DNA from: Mesotaenium endlicherianum
Lineage: Eukaryota
NCBI GenBank assembly: GCA_009602735.1
Contig: WELA01001939.1
Location: 1,057,213 to 1,117,434, forward strand
Length of the DNA: 60,222 bases
Direction of reading: 5' to 3'
Part shown: one piece after another, positions 12,953 to 26,611 of the stretch
Layout of the letters: the number at the start of each line of letters is the position of its first letter
Numbering within the stretch: the first letter of the stretch is position 1
Notes under the pieces: generated by a model
What the model was told of the DNA's origin: nothing
Databases searched by the model: none
What the model saw: only the letters and a program-made list of their open reading frames with translations
Position numbers and translations under genes: made by a program

Positions 12953-14667
12953 TGCGCCACGTGTGCACTCTCGCCGCCCATCAAAGAAGAGAGAGGCGCG
13001 TCGTGGCCCAGCCTTTGGCCGAGCTCTCCGGTGCAGACACCTGGAGGGCTGGCGTGGACGGATGTGATGACTTAGCCTTTCGTCTGCATGTGTATATCTT
13101 ATTTTTGTCTATGTATGGCAGAGTGCAATGCGCTCTTCAGCCCGACTTCTTTGTTGAGGTGAATTGTAATAATACCTTGGCACACTCAGCCGGAAAGATT
13201 ATGAGTGTATTACTTCTTCGTTCGTCCTCATTCTTAATTAATTGACTAAAGTATGCTTCTTTCACGAAGCTCCCTGGGAGCAGAGGAGCGTGTTTTTCAA
13301 TAGCTAGAGGAAAAATGAAGCTGGTAGAGCTATAGAATGCGTTGGATATCTGAAAGTGGGCAAGATGTCGAACCAGAGATTGGCAGTGATAGGCCAGGTT
13401 ACGTACATTATGTTTTGTTGGGGAAACATCTGTCATCTTATAATTGATCAAGATCATTGCATATTCAAAGAACTGTACTCCAGGCAGGCAGTCCATTGAA
13501 TGCTGATCCTTGCTCCAACAACTTACAACGCTGCCTTTCCTCTGGCTGGCAGCAAGGCGTATATTTCATCCGAGTACTCACACAGCACAGGTATGCATGT
13601 AGATGCGACGTGTGGATACTGCAAAAGTAGCTTTCTTTGATTCTTCCCGCCACACGTCTCCGTGCTGTTACAGAATTAACATAGGATCAACACGCAGTGT
13701 GTGTGTCCTCATAGACAGAGGAATGATTGCGCTCATCCTTTGAGGCAGTGAGTGTCGCTGTTGCCTTCCCGACACCTGGCCAGCAGGTGCACATCAGCAC
13801 ATCTAACTTGCACCCAGCAGTCACGCTGCCTATACGCCTACCAAACTATTCGAAACTAGTGGCACCAGCTCTTACACCATGTCCGCATCGAAGAAAAGTG
13901 CCAGTGCCTGCCTACTCTTGGAATAGCCCGCTATATGAACATGCTACGCTCCAAGGCGACTGCACTGCTGACTCTAACTGCTACCCAAACTGCTACGATG
14001 GAATCTACATAGTTTACATTCTCCGTGCACTTAGCCTATTGCCCTACACCCTACGCTTAATCGATGGTAATTGAGTGACTTATTTCGGGAACTTGTTACC
14101 TTCCTTGCACCGAGTGTGCAACCCTACCCTACAAGTGGGCATCTCTACTCAAGAGCAGACGGATGGGATCCACAATCAAAAGCCCCAGCCCGCCTCTGAA
14201 TGTAAGAAATAATTAAATTGAAGCAATTTAAAACTATCTGCCTTCTAAGTGCCTCATGTGGCGAAGCTCAAGCTTTTTGCGAGGAGTTACAGCCAGAGAG
14301 GGTCTGGTGATTGCGAGAGCACTAACCTGACTAAAAAAATGCTAGCTAGGACCAAAATTGATGATACATATTTGCCACCTGGAAAAGAATGAAATGAATA
14401 TGTGGGGAGCAGCTGTCATGTGAACGGCAGGCTATGATGACGATGCGCCTGCGTCAGCCTCAGCTGATGTTGATGCCGCTCCACCTGTCGGCCTGCTGCT
14501 GAACGTCGAGAAAGCAGAAACAAGGGGGGAAGGCAGAAGGGGGGGTAGAGGCCCGCTGACTCGTCGGCTGGCAGTTGTCGTGTGGATGTCTGTCGACGTT
14601 GAAGCAAAGGTGGATTCTTGACGTTGGAGAAGGTATCCAGAGTGTAGTTAATGTGGTCGTTGATCCC

Positions 14668-16399
14668 CTACTTAATTTCTGGGCAGTTTCTCTGGAAGAA
14701 AGGGTAGGCCAGGACTTCCTCTGCAAAGAAAAAAAAGCATTGTGAAACGGAAAGCCGTCAGAAACGGATCGCAATCACGAACCAAGCGTGGTAGTGAACC
14801 TATCTTCTGTATAGCATGAACAGCAAGGAACAGAATCGACAGAACGATGCAACCTCTCTGTACGTACGGATATTGAGCAGCTTCCCCAGAAAAAGACAGG
14901 TGGTTCAATCAATCAGCAAGCGCAGGCAGCTTCCTGCTCAGCTCCGCATTCCTACTCGGCACGAATCACGAATCTGCACCGCTGCAACCCATTGGCTATG
15001 GAAGTCATTCATTGCAGCTGAGCATGTACATCGGCTGACATTGGCTGACATCAGCTGATTCGGCAACCGGTGATGCTGCCAGCAGCTAGCCAGCCGTCGA
15101 CGCAAGGGTTGATTGAGAAAAAAAACAGTGGGCAGATTGCAAGAGAATGATATGCTCACCAGCAGTGGGCCGCCATCTGGGCTCCAGCATGAGCATGCGG
15201 AGGATCAGATTCTTGGCCTCCACCGACACCCCCCTCCAGTTCCTGTGTGTGAACTGGACCTTGCCGATGCGGATCTTCTCGAAGATCTCCTCCTCCGTGT
15301 CCCCGTAGAACGGGAGCATGCCTGAGAGCAGTACGTACAGGATGACCCCCAGGGACCAGATGTCGGCCTCTCGGCCGTACTCCAGCCCGGAGACGACCTC
15401 CGGGGCGAAATAGTAGGGGCTGCCGGCCACACCCGACGTCTGCTGCCACGGCCGGAGGTACACCGCCAGCCCGAAGTCGGCCAGCTTCACGGAGCTGGGC
15501 GGCGAGCCGGCGGCCGCGCTCGCGGCGTCCTCCGACGACGACGACGACGCAGGGGTCCCCAGGAGGATGTTCTCGGGCTTGAGGTCTCTGTGCATTACGC
15601 CGTTGACGTGCGCGTGGCGGACGGCCTCGGCCACCTGGCGGAAGAGCGCGGCGGCCTCGGGCTCCGGGAACTTTCGCCGCCGCAGGATGGCGGCCGAGAG
15701 GGGGCCGCCCTCGCAGAGCTCCATGACGAGGTGGACGGCGCGCTCGTCCTCGTATACGCCCAGGAGGTCGATGATCTTCTCGTGGCCCGCCAGGTGGCGC
15801 ATGATGAGGATCTCGCGACGCACGTCCTCCACGTCGTCCTTGTGCTTGAGGTGCTCCTTCTGGATGCTCTTGCACGCCACGCGCGCGCCCGTCTGGCGGT
15901 CCCGGCACACCACCACCATGCCGAAGTTGCCCTTGCCCAGCTTCTCGTCGAGCGGGACGTAAAAATCTGTGAGCTTCCCCGTCTGATAGGGGACCACATT
16001 CTCGATCCTGGCGCACATTGACGGCTTCATGTGGCTGCTCCGCGGCACCTCCTTCACCTTCCCCGTATTGAACTTGGGGGAATCCACCTGAGGGCCACCT
16101 GTCGGCGTCGAGCATCCCTTCTTCCCTCTGAAGAGAAACTGAAGCTTCTTCTTTTCCGCCAATGCTTTCACGGGAGCCTCACCCTCAGGTGCATTTCCCC
16201 CCCTGGACTGGGGAACTGACCGACCCCCCACCCCCTTCTCCGTGTACCCCATCTGAGTTGGGCGGCCGCTGAACAAGCGCTTGAGCTGGGGCTTCTTGCT
16301 AGCCTGCGGCTCGGGTTTGCTCTGTGCAGCTGCCATCTCCTGCAACGCCTGCAGGGCCGACGGTGATCCCGGGGCAACTTTCCCATGCTTATTACCCAT
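14668..16399 (-). CDS. Ser/Thr kinase of the CDPK-SnRK superfamily, PEPKR-like, no EF-hands; exons 15160-16399 and 14668-14720 (430 aa)
   Basis: LGKGNFG, VACK, HLVMELCEGG, HRDLKPEN, KLADFG, GSPYYFAPE and DIWSLGVILY. A phase-1 intron gives the C-terminus RPTAEEVLAYPFFQRNCPEIK*. N-terminus MGNKHGK. Confidence 0.92.
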
Positions 16400-19300
16400 A
16401 GCTGATTACGAATATATATAATGTGGAGGAATAGATGTGAATGCTGGTGAATGACCAGGGCGGTGATGAAACTATGGCTGCTCACTGAATTTCAATCTAG
16501 GAGAGTAAGAATTGAACAAGAGCTGTTCACAATCTATGCATTGCATGCGGCAAATTATACACTCTCTGCTCCGACTGCTGGTCATCTAACACTAGCTTCA
16601 ACGAGGTTAAAGAAGCCGTCAAATAAGAGGGTGAACTGTTAAGGAGCTTGAAAGGGCACCTTGACCCAACAGGGTAGGCTGCAGCAGGCTGCAGGCAGAA
16701 TGTAAGACAAAATCTTAACTTCAACAGAAAAAGTATATATATGTGTGGAGCCGCGGATAGTTATCTGATTTGGAACTCGAAGCCCATCGGCGAGTTCTAC
16801 AAGGACGGGTACGAATATGGTCAGAGATTCTGACATGGGCGAACATAAGCGGACGGTAGGGGAGCACCTGGAGGGACAGCGCACGAAATTTGTAGATTGC
16901 AACTGCTAATAATGGACCACACTGGACAAACGCGATTTGGAGCGATTCGGAAGCAGTGGCCGAAGCTGGCATAGAGGGATTCGGAGTTCGCGCACGCCTT
17001 GCCCAACCCAACAGTGTCTCGACAAGGATACTGTTCAACGGTTGCGTCGTGATGACAGAGCTAACGTGGGAGCCGAGGAAACAAAATATATTTGGTACGT
17101 GTGAGTCAATATGTGACGCATGCCTTGTTTGTCCAGGGATTTTCAAGTCAATGCAGATCACGACAAATTATGGCTTGTGGAGGTGCCCGGACTCCGGACT
17201 CCGGAGTCCGGACTCCGAGGTTCAGAACTGGATAAAGTCAGATCCAGCTTAATGAAGGAGCACGGAAAGGTGGAAAAATACCAGTAGCTTTGAGATACCT
17301 GACCAAAAAACAACCGTTTGTACCATCTGGGTCAATGTCTTATTCAAGTCAAAATTAACACGCTATATACTAAACAAATTAAATTTGCTGAAGTCCTGAC
17401 TCTTGGTAGTTTGCTTTGAAAAAGTGCTGAATTCTAAATTTCTACCCTCGCATCCAAGATAGTCAGGTTTGAGCCCAGTTCAGGACAATAGGACAACTCG
17501 GGTGTCGGGACTCGGGACACTTCAGGACACTTCGATAATCAAGACACTTCAGGATCATCAAGTTTCAACCCGGCTTACCCCGGCTCGTTGCCAAGTTCAT
17601 CTGCCGGCCCCGCGGTCGAGTACCAACTACGGCCTGTACCTGAATTTCATTATGATATATCACCGCTGTCTGATTCTCGACAACTGTTCACTTCAAGATT
17701 GTGTGGGCGCGTGGGCAGAAGCAGGCAAACTCTACAATATTTGATATTTCTGTTTACCCGGCCACATGCAATCGTCGGCAATAGACGATCGGCTACATCG
17801 GGCTGTTCGTATTGATTCCCTCGGTCACCTTAGGCTCCGTCGCCTTATCCTTCCCGGTTCTGCGACACCAACTGAACTCCGACCTACCTCAGGCAACCCA
17901 CCACCAGTTGTAATTAAATCGAGACTGCGAGTTCTGCGGTACTACATCGAATTTCCGTTGGGCCGAAGTAACCAGAACGATGACGACTTCAAGCATTCCA
18001 AAAAGCAGGCGTGAACCGTCGACGTGAACACAAACATCAGATAACATCCGTTGAGGCCCGGCGAGGCAAACACTTTTTGCGACTGCTATCAGTTTCACGG
18101 TGCCGCACGCGCAGCGCAAGTCACGGTCACCCAGTTTGGAACGCCAGCGTTGACCCACCGACCAGAGACCGGCTTCATACAGTCAGCATTACAGTCAAAG
18201 TCCAACTCACACGTTGACACTCAACAGTGGGTGGATTTTACAGACAAGTCAGCCGGAAAGCCAATTACGTTGGGACCAACGAATGGTCTACGTCAGCAAA
18301 TGACATTTCAGGCCTTATTTGGATAAGTTTGTGCAAGTCTTCTTGGATGATATTTTAATTTTCTCTAAAGATGAAGCTCAGTATGCTGAGCACTTAAAGA
18401 GAGTCATGGACACTCTGAGAAGGAATCAGATATATGCTAAAATGAGCAAGTGTGATTTCTTTAAGGAAAGTATTGAATTCTTGGGCCACGTTGTCAGTAA
18501 AGTAGGCATCAGTGTGGATCTTAAGAAAGTCCAGACCATAAGGGACTGGCCAATACCACAATCTGTCTCGGAAGTTAGATCCTCAAGAGAGGAACTTTGG
18601 TCAGCATGCTGTAGACAAAATCCTTTGTGCACTCACTTTACTGAAGGTGAAAAAGCCATTCCTTGAACAACTTTGGAAGCCTACCTCTCTGACCCAACAT
18701 TTGAGCCCAGCACCACTGTTGGTGTGTGTCCTGCTACTGCAGTCGAGCATCGGCTAAAGGGAGGGGTCTGGGTAACTGAAACCACTTCAGGCAGGCTGAA
18801 GCTCGTCATTTGCTAACAACTTGGAAACAAGATCACTCTTACTGAGTCAAGCCCATGACAGTTTGCTGCGTGGGCATTTGGGGCAGGCCAACTGTTGGCA
18901 AATTGGCAAAACATTATCATTGGGATGAGTTACCTCGGCAGGTCCTAAAATATGTTAAGTCCTGTGATCAGTGTCAGAAAAATAAGTCTAGGCACACACC
19001 ACCCGGGGGGCTCTTACAACCACTACCCATCCCAGCGGGACGTTGAGAAACAACATCCATGGACTGGGTGGTAACCCTACCAAGAACTGCCAATGGGCAT
19101 GATTCTATACTGGTAGTAGTGGATAAACTCACAAAAATGGTCATTTTTATCCCACCACTGTCAAAGTAATTGCCCTTGAAACTGCAAGACAGTTCTACAA
19201 CCATGTAATCTGCAAACATGGGCTACCCTCTAATATTATCTCAGATAGAGACTCAAAATTTACCTCTAAATTCTGGAGAGCTTTAATGGGGTTAATGGGA

Positions 19301-20827
19301 GTCAAACAGCTGCTCAGCACAACAAACCACCCTCAGACTGATGGGCAGACTGAAAGAACTAACCGAGTTCTGCAAGAGGTGCTGAAAGCATATGTTAACC
19401 GAAAACAGGATACTTGGGATGACTTGTTGTCTCAAATTCAGTTTACGGTCAACAGTGCGATGCATGCGTCAACGGGAAAGACTTCTTTTGAACTTAGTCT
19501 GGGAAAAGTTCCTAAGTCTCCTCTAGATGTACTAGGGGAGTCTTTAAATCACCCTGAGAGGATTGACAATCCGGTGTCCCTCCAGTTAACTCAGGATTTT
19601 GCTGACACCCTGTCAGAAGTCCAATACAATCTGCACAAAACCTAGGAAAATCAACAAAAATACGCTAATCAACACCGTCGGGAGCTGACATTTTAAAGGG
19701 CAATTTGGTCAAATTGCAATTTCAACACCTGTACCTGCCTAGTGAGGTTAAGAAAAAGCTTGGTCTAGTCTAGGTCGGTCCATATTTTGTGGTGCGCCGT
19801 GTCGATCAGAATGCTTACAAACTGAACATGTCAGCGGAATACAAGGGTCACCCAGTCAATGTCTCCTTCCTGGAACCATACATCAAGGGTGACTCACTGT
19901 CACTGGTCGCTAGCCTGTCCAACCGGGACCGGACCCCGCTGTCAGGGATGGTGCCCCGGGGGAATATGAGGTCAATTTTAGATGCTCGCTCTGTCCGTCG
20001 ATCATCTAAATATGTCATGAAGTACCTGGTCAGATGGAAGGGTTACGATGCCTCTGGGGACACTTGGGAGTTTAAAGACCAGCTGACCAATGCCAAAGTG
20101 GCGTTGAAACGGTTCCACCTTCGGGCGGCTGGGGCACCTTCCTAACTTTCATTTCAGTTGCCATGTGAAGGTGACAGGAGGTCCTGTCTCCATTTAAGTT
20201 GGAGGGGCAAGTAAATGACAGTTAGTGTGCGAAAAAGGGACAGTTATCGAATCCTAAGTGTCAGCATAGTGACAGATGGGACAGCCAGGTCCACATTGAA
20301 CAAAGTTGGCGAAATGAAAAAGGGACTCGCACATCAACACATCCCTTAACTCACCCTGCACACACATTCATTCGTTTATTTTTCATCGCACTGCAGCTAC
20401 TTGAACTCCTAGAAATCACCCTGTAAGGTAAACAGGAACAAACCTACCATAATAAAACAAACTTGCTTCTCTTCCTGCAACTCCTGTGACAAAGATCGCG
20501 ATCCTACTGACTTATGCCCTGGTTACACGTACAGGATGACTCCCACCACACAAAACGAAGACAGAAAGCGCAAGGCAGAAAAAGCCAGGAGGACAATGGA
20601 GCAATACCAGAAAGATATGGCGGCTACGTCCCTCACTAGGAGAAAACAAGAAAGGGTCCGTAGACAACAAGAGGCGGCAGAAGAAGCACAGAGGAAGAAG
20701 GAGCAGGAGGCGGAAAATTTCAGGAAAGCTGAGGAGGAGAGACAGAAGAAGCAACAAGAAGAAGCGGCGGCAGCAGAAGAAAAGAGAAGGAAGAAGGCTG
20801 AAGTTGAAAAGCAGAAGAGCTTGGCCA

Positions 20828-21570
20828 TGTAAGGTCATAGGTTTATAAAGCGCATTTTTGAGTTTCATGAAAGTATGTTTTGATTGTACAGTAGTGTAGA
20901 GTGCATTTTTGTGGTCATTTTGATATAAAGTTCATCGAATTTGGTCAAGTATTGAGAGAGTTACAGATTTCTGAAGTTTAATTCGTTTTAAGGTCAATTG
21001 ACGACTGTCCTTAATTCGCGGTGAGCGCGACCGTCGGATTGACCGACAGCGTCGAGCGATCTGGCCCGTTGGAATAAACTCAAACCCACACGTAAGTTTG
21101 GCTGACGCGGAGTGCCGACTAGGTCGATTTACCTAGAAGTTTCGGTTTAGCCTAGCGCGTCTAAGATAGAATATTCTAGTAATGTCGATGCATGTATGTG
21201 GACGTCAATTTGGCCGACACGTCAGATTAGACTGATCTGGCTTACTCACGAATATTCTGGAAGGGACGATTTGACGAACACCTAGGAAAATCCGTAGCTT
21301 CCTCCTAGAGAGAAGCACTTAGGCAGAAAATTATAAATAGGCATAACTTCTTTGTTTCTTATCAGTTTTCACTTCAGTAAATTTCTACGGGTTTGTAATG
21401 ACAAGGCCTTTCATCCTACACCATTTGTGAGCAGTTTCTTGCTACTCAAAATGTTGAGTAATTTTCCTAAGCTTTCTTAGTGATAAGCCGCTGCACTCTT
21501 TAGTATGATTGCAACTAGTTCCTTTCCTCGTGAGTTACTACGCTTCCACTAGGGCACTCTGCCCATTTCA
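20828..21570 (+). repeat. 5' LTR of element A
   Basis: TG...CA ends; near-identical to 25877-26611. Confidence 0.92.
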
Positions 21571-21596
21571 TCTCTCGAGGAGANATTTTTTTCATC

Positions 21597-21608
21597 TGGT
21601 ATCAGAGC
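21597..21608 (+). promoter_or_regulatory. Primer-binding site (tRNA-iMet) of element A
   Basis: TGGTATCAGAGC just after the LTR; a single-N assembly join lies at 21584. Confidence 0.9.
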
Positions 21609-21666
21609 TGGGCTAGTTTGCATAGTATATTATAAAGTCGCAGTCGGCAACTGGAGGAGGCGAACA

Positions 21667-22663
21667 TGTTGAGCATGTTGAGCGCGCGGGGCAGCAGACG
21701 TCACCACCTTTGTCAAGGGAGCAACAAGAGATGCAGGCGATGTTGAGGCAGATGGCAAACGCAATTGGAGGAGAAGTCTACACACGGTTTCAACATAATA
21801 TGCGCCAGGAGGTGGAGAGAATGGTGCGAGTTGTTATGGGGAACGCCGCTTCGACAAGTTCGGCACCTGCACCTGTTGTGCCATTGATTCATGTTAACCC
21901 AGTGGTGCAACCAGTTATTCCACCCGCATCAGGAGTGTGTGCGCCTAAGCCTGAAGTTTATACTGGAGAGCGTGGATCGCCGCCTGTTCATCAATGGACT
22001 TTTGGAGTGAAGAAGTTTATGGAGTATTCTACGCTCACGCCCGACAGGCAAGTCGCCTTTGTCATAATTTTGCTGCAGAAGAGTGCTGGAGCTTGGTATG
22101 AACGAGAAGAGCAGCTGTCTAAAGTTCCTGCTACTGTTGATCAGCTCTTTGAAGGCTTGAAGAGGCAATTTCAACCTATTGCACCTGCGGCTACTGCTCG
22201 AGATCTATTGGTGCGCCTTCGTCAACGAGGAAGCGTTCAAGAGTATGTATCGCGCTTCAACGAGCTGGTGCTTCAATGTCCATCCATGCACGAGTCGGAG
22301 ATAATGGACAAGTTCAAGAGGGGACTCAAGCCAACTGTGGCCAAGGAAGTGGCGCTCAAGGACCCTACCAGTCTTGGAGAAATGATGGCATTGGCAACAA
22401 GGGTCGACGCTGTGGAGTATAGTCAGAGGCAGTGGGGCAGCCACAACTTTGGAGGATATCGACGCTTTGGATCTCAAGCGCCAAGCACGAGTGGATAAGG
22501 TCCAGTACCTATGGAGTTGGGACTTGTGCAGTACCAGCGCAGGCAGCAGAATTTCAAGCCGAGAGGACCTTGCTATAATTGCGGCAAGCTTGGACATCTG
22601 GCTCGAGACTGTCATGTGAAGGCGAAGCAACCTCAACAGCAGGAAAAAGGAGGACGCCAGTAA
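21667..22663 (+). pseudogene. gag: gag of element A (premature TAA at 22496-22498)
   Basis: Capsid-like region (LRQRGSVQEYVSRF), PVPMELG and the zinc knuckle CYNCGKLGHLARDC. Start approximate. Confidence 0.88.
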
Positions 22664-25600
22664 GTCGTTCTGGGGTGTCTACTGGCGTGAAGACGAGAAC
22701 TCACAAGGAGGTTATCCCCAGGAGCCTGCCGAGAAGCAAAGGATGAGATGTTGACAAGCCTATCGTCGTGGAAGGAGTAGTCGACGGCAACAAGGCGAAG
22801 TGTATGGTGGACAGTGGCGCAAGTGCAAACTTTGTGCACAAGAAGCTGGTGAAAGAGTGGCGAATCCCTGTGCAGAAGCATTATGAGCCTAAGGAGGCAA
22901 TTTTGGCGAATGGGCAGAGACTCAAGTGTGGTGCACCTACGGAAGCTATTCACGTGGAAGTAGCGGGGCACCGGAGTAAGGAAGTTATGGAGCAGGCAGA
23001 GTTAGGTCACCATGATGTGTTATTGGGCCGACCATGGCTGAGAAAAGCCAACCCTCAAGTGCACTGGAGCACAGGACAAGTGAAAGTCCAAGGGCGTGAT
23101 GGTCGAATGGAGACATCGAAACAGGTGGAGGTAGATACGACCACAAGTAACTGTCTTCTGTCGAGCCTGCAAGTTAAGAAGCTATGTAGGGCGGATCAGA
23201 TGAAGGAGATGTACCTTGTTTCGGTGGCCCTGGCCAGGTCATCATATGGAGCAAGCGTGAATCCTAACAGCCTGGGCGAATGTACATCGCCGGAGGAGCA
23301 AGTAGTGGTGTCTGATCCCCCTGCTCAGAAGGAGCAGAGCCTAATTGCTCAAGAGAAGAAGCCTGCTGAGATGCCTGCCCAAATTAAGGCGCTGTTGGAG
23401 GAGTTCAAGTGCGTGTTTCCTGAGGAGCTACCTGCAGGATGACCTCCACAGAGAGCTATGGAGCACAAGATTGAGTTGGAACCAGGGAGCAAGCCACCAG
23501 TGAGACCCGCCTATCGTCAATCGTTTGCGGAGTTGGACGAGCTGAAGAAGCAGCTGAGAGAGTTATTGGAGAAGGGATTCATCCGACCCAGCGAGTCTCC
23601 ATTTGCAGCGCCAGTCTTATCTGTGAAGAAAAAGGACGGGAGTATGAGGATGTGTGTCGACTACCAGGCACTTAACAAGGTCACCATTAAGAACAGGTAC
23701 CCACTTCCACGAGTGGACGAGTTGATTGACAGGCTTGTCGGGGCGAGGTATTTCTCAAAGATCGATTTGAGGAGTGGCTATCACCAGATACGGATTGCGG
23801 AAGGAGACGTTCAGAAGACTTCTTTCAGAACTTGCTATGGTTTGTTCGAGTTCACAGTCATGCCGTTTGGGCTGACTGATGCACCTGCTACATTTATGGG
23901 ACTCATGAATAGTATCTTCAGACCCTATTTGGACCAATTTGTGGTGGTATTTTTGGACGACATCTTGATCTATTCGAAGACCTTGGAGGAGCATGTGGAG
24001 CATCTGAGGAAGGTGTTAGAGATCTTGAGAGATCCGAAGATGTATGGGAAGATGAGCAAGTGCGAATTCTGTCTCAAGGAAGTCGAGTTTCTTCGGCACA
24101 TAGTGGGAGCCGAAGGAGTCAAGGTGGAGCAGAAGAAGGTGCAAGCAGTCAGAGATTGGCCGATACCTGCTGATATTCATCAACTCAGGAGTTTCCTCGG
24201 CATGGCGAATTATTATCGACGTTTCATTGAAGGATTTGCCAAGGTGTGTGCACCGCTCACGGACATGTTGAAGAAGCAGGAGAAGTGGCTATGGGGTGAC
24301 AAGGAGCAGCAAGCATTTGAGAAGATTAAGGAGTTATTGACACAGGCACCTGTGTTGGCAATCGCCAGTGCAGAGCTTCCTTTCACCATCATAACAGACG
24401 CATCAAACTTTGCAGTCGGAGCCATTCTTCTCCAGGACCAAGGCAAGGGATTACAGCCTGTGGCATATGAGAGCAGAAAGTTGAAGCCTGCTGAGCAGAA
24501 TTATGCAGCACACGAGAGGGAGATGTTGGCTACTATCCAGGCTTTGAGGATTTGGCGATGTTATATGGACGGTCGGAAGGTGTTCATCAAGACCGACCAC
24601 AAGAGCTTGGAGAAGTTTATGACGCAACCAACGTTGACACCAAGACAGGCAAGGTGGATGGAGTTTCTGCTACAGTTTGACCACAAGATTGAGTACTTAC
24701 CTGGGAAGATCAACCCTGCAGACGCTTTATCTAGGAGGTGTGACCTTGCAGCTGTCTCAGTCATCAAGGAGAGTATGGACATCAAGGAGAAGCTTCAGAG
24801 AGGTTATGAAGAAGACCAGAGTATGTTGATGGTGGAGCAGCTGAGTTCAACTCGAGTATGCACAAGAAGGACGGCATATGGTATTATGGTGATTCCAAGA
24901 GAGTGGTGGTACCTGACATCAAGGAGCTACGAGACTTACTACTTGCGGAGAATCATGATTGCTTATACGCTGGACACTTTGGAAGCGAGAAGACGGCAAG
25001 TGTGCTGAAGCGGGAATACTAATGGAGAAATATGGACAAGGACATCAAGGAGTGGATCAGGAGTTGCGATGCGTGCCAGAGAAACAAGACACCAAATCAA
25101 AAGAAGGGAGGTACATTGCAGCTCCTGCCTATTCCAGAGTATCCTTGGGAGCAGATTGCTATGGACTTCATCACGTCGTTACCAGTGAGCAGTCAAGGAC
25201 ACGATGCAGTTTGGGTTGTGTCTGATTGGCTCAGCAAGATGGCTCACTTCATTCCCACGAAGGAGACTTCTACGGCAGCGGGTGTGGCACGGCTATTCTT
25301 TGATCATATTTTCGGGCTACATTGGTTGCCGAAGGTGATTGTTTCAGATCGGGATCCAAGGTTTACTAGCAACTTTTGGCGGTCATTGTTTACATTGATG
25401 GGGACCAAGCTGAGTATGAGCACTTCCTATCACCCTCAGACAGACGAGCAGAGTGAGAGGCTCAACAGAACTCTGCAAGAGGTGCTCAGGAGTTTCACTA
25501 TGGAGGACCCTTCAGAGTGGGACAAGAAGTTGCCAGGGTTGGAACTTCCTTCAAGCTGGCGTATTCATGATGTGTTCCATGTCAGTCGTTTGCGGCCATA

Positions 25601-25889
25601 CGTTGACCCGAATGAAGGACATCCAAGACAACTACCTACACCGCCACCACCGGTCGAGATCGATGATGTGTTGGAGTATGAAGTGGAGGCGATTGTCGAC
25701 GATCGACGAGTCAAGCGAGGTCATCGACTTGTCCAAGAGTATCTAGTTAAGTGGAAGGGCTACCATGCGGACGACAACACTTGGGAGCCAGAAGCCAACT
25801 TGACTCATTGTAAGAGTAAGTTGAGACGTTATCTGCAGAATGCGTCGAGGACGTCGCATCTTGAGGAGGGGCATGATGTAAGGCCATAG
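22642..25889 (+). pseudogene. pol: pol of element A (PR-RT-RNaseH-INT-chromodomain) with stops, a frameshift and an integrase C-terminal deletion
   Basis: VDSGAS protease, [18 protein letters not shown] RNase H, IAMDFI and SYHPQTD integrase, EYEVEAIV...YLVKWKGY...TWEP chromodomain. Deletion near 25540 (WDKKLPG|LELP). Confidence 0.93.
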
Positions 25890-26611
25890 GTTTATAAAGT
25901 GCATTTTTGAGTTTCATAGAAGTATGATTTGATTGTTTCTTAGTGTAGAGTGCATTTTTGTGGTCATTTTGATATAAAGTTCATCAAATTTGGTCAAGTA
26001 TTGAGAGAGTTACGGATTTCTGAAGTTTAATTAGTTTTGAGGTCGGTTGACGACTGTCCTTAATTCGCGGTGAGCGCGACCGTCGGATTAACCGACAGCG
26101 TCGAGCGATCTGGCCCGTTGGAATAAACTCGAACCTTCACGTAAGTTTGGCTGACGCGGAGTGCCGACTAGGTCGATTTACCTAGAAGTTTCGGTGTAGC
26201 CTAGCGCGTCTAAGATAGAATATTCTAGTAATGTCGATGCATGTATGTGGACGTCAATTTGGCCGACACGTCAAATTAGACTGATCTGGCTTACTCACGA
26301 ATATTCTGGAAGGGACGATTTGACGAACACCTAGGAAAATCCGTAGTCCTCCTAGAGAGGAGCACTTAGGCAGAAAATTATAAATAACTTCTTTGTTTCT
26401 TATCAGTTTTCACTTCTGTAAATTTCTACGGGTTTGTAATGACAAGGCCTTTTATCCTACACCATTTGTAAGCAGTTTCTTGCTACTCAAAATGTTGAGT
26501 AATTTTCCTAAGTTTTCTTAGTGATCTGCCGCTGCACTCTTTAGTATGATTGCAACTAGTTCTTTTCCTCGTGAGTCACTACGCTTCCAATAGGGCACTC
26601 TGCCCCTTTCA
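25877..26611 (+). repeat. 3' LTR of element A
   Basis: Follows the PPT and is followed by TSD ggcca. Confidence 0.93.

Larger units (their letters stand above)
20828..26611 (+). mobile_element. Ty3/gypsy chromovirus family A, full-length but defective element with TSD GGCCA
   Basis: LTRs 20828-21570 and 25877-26611 (TGTAAG...TTTCA), TSD ggcca at 20823-20827 and 26612-26616, Met-i PBS, PPT gaggaggggcatga, domain order gag-PR-RT-RH-INT-CHD. Confidence 0.96.

Noticed and set aside
15156..16115. 319-aa alternative-frame ORF and antisense ORFs over the kinase
   Set aside because: Shadow ORFs caused by high-GC codon usage.
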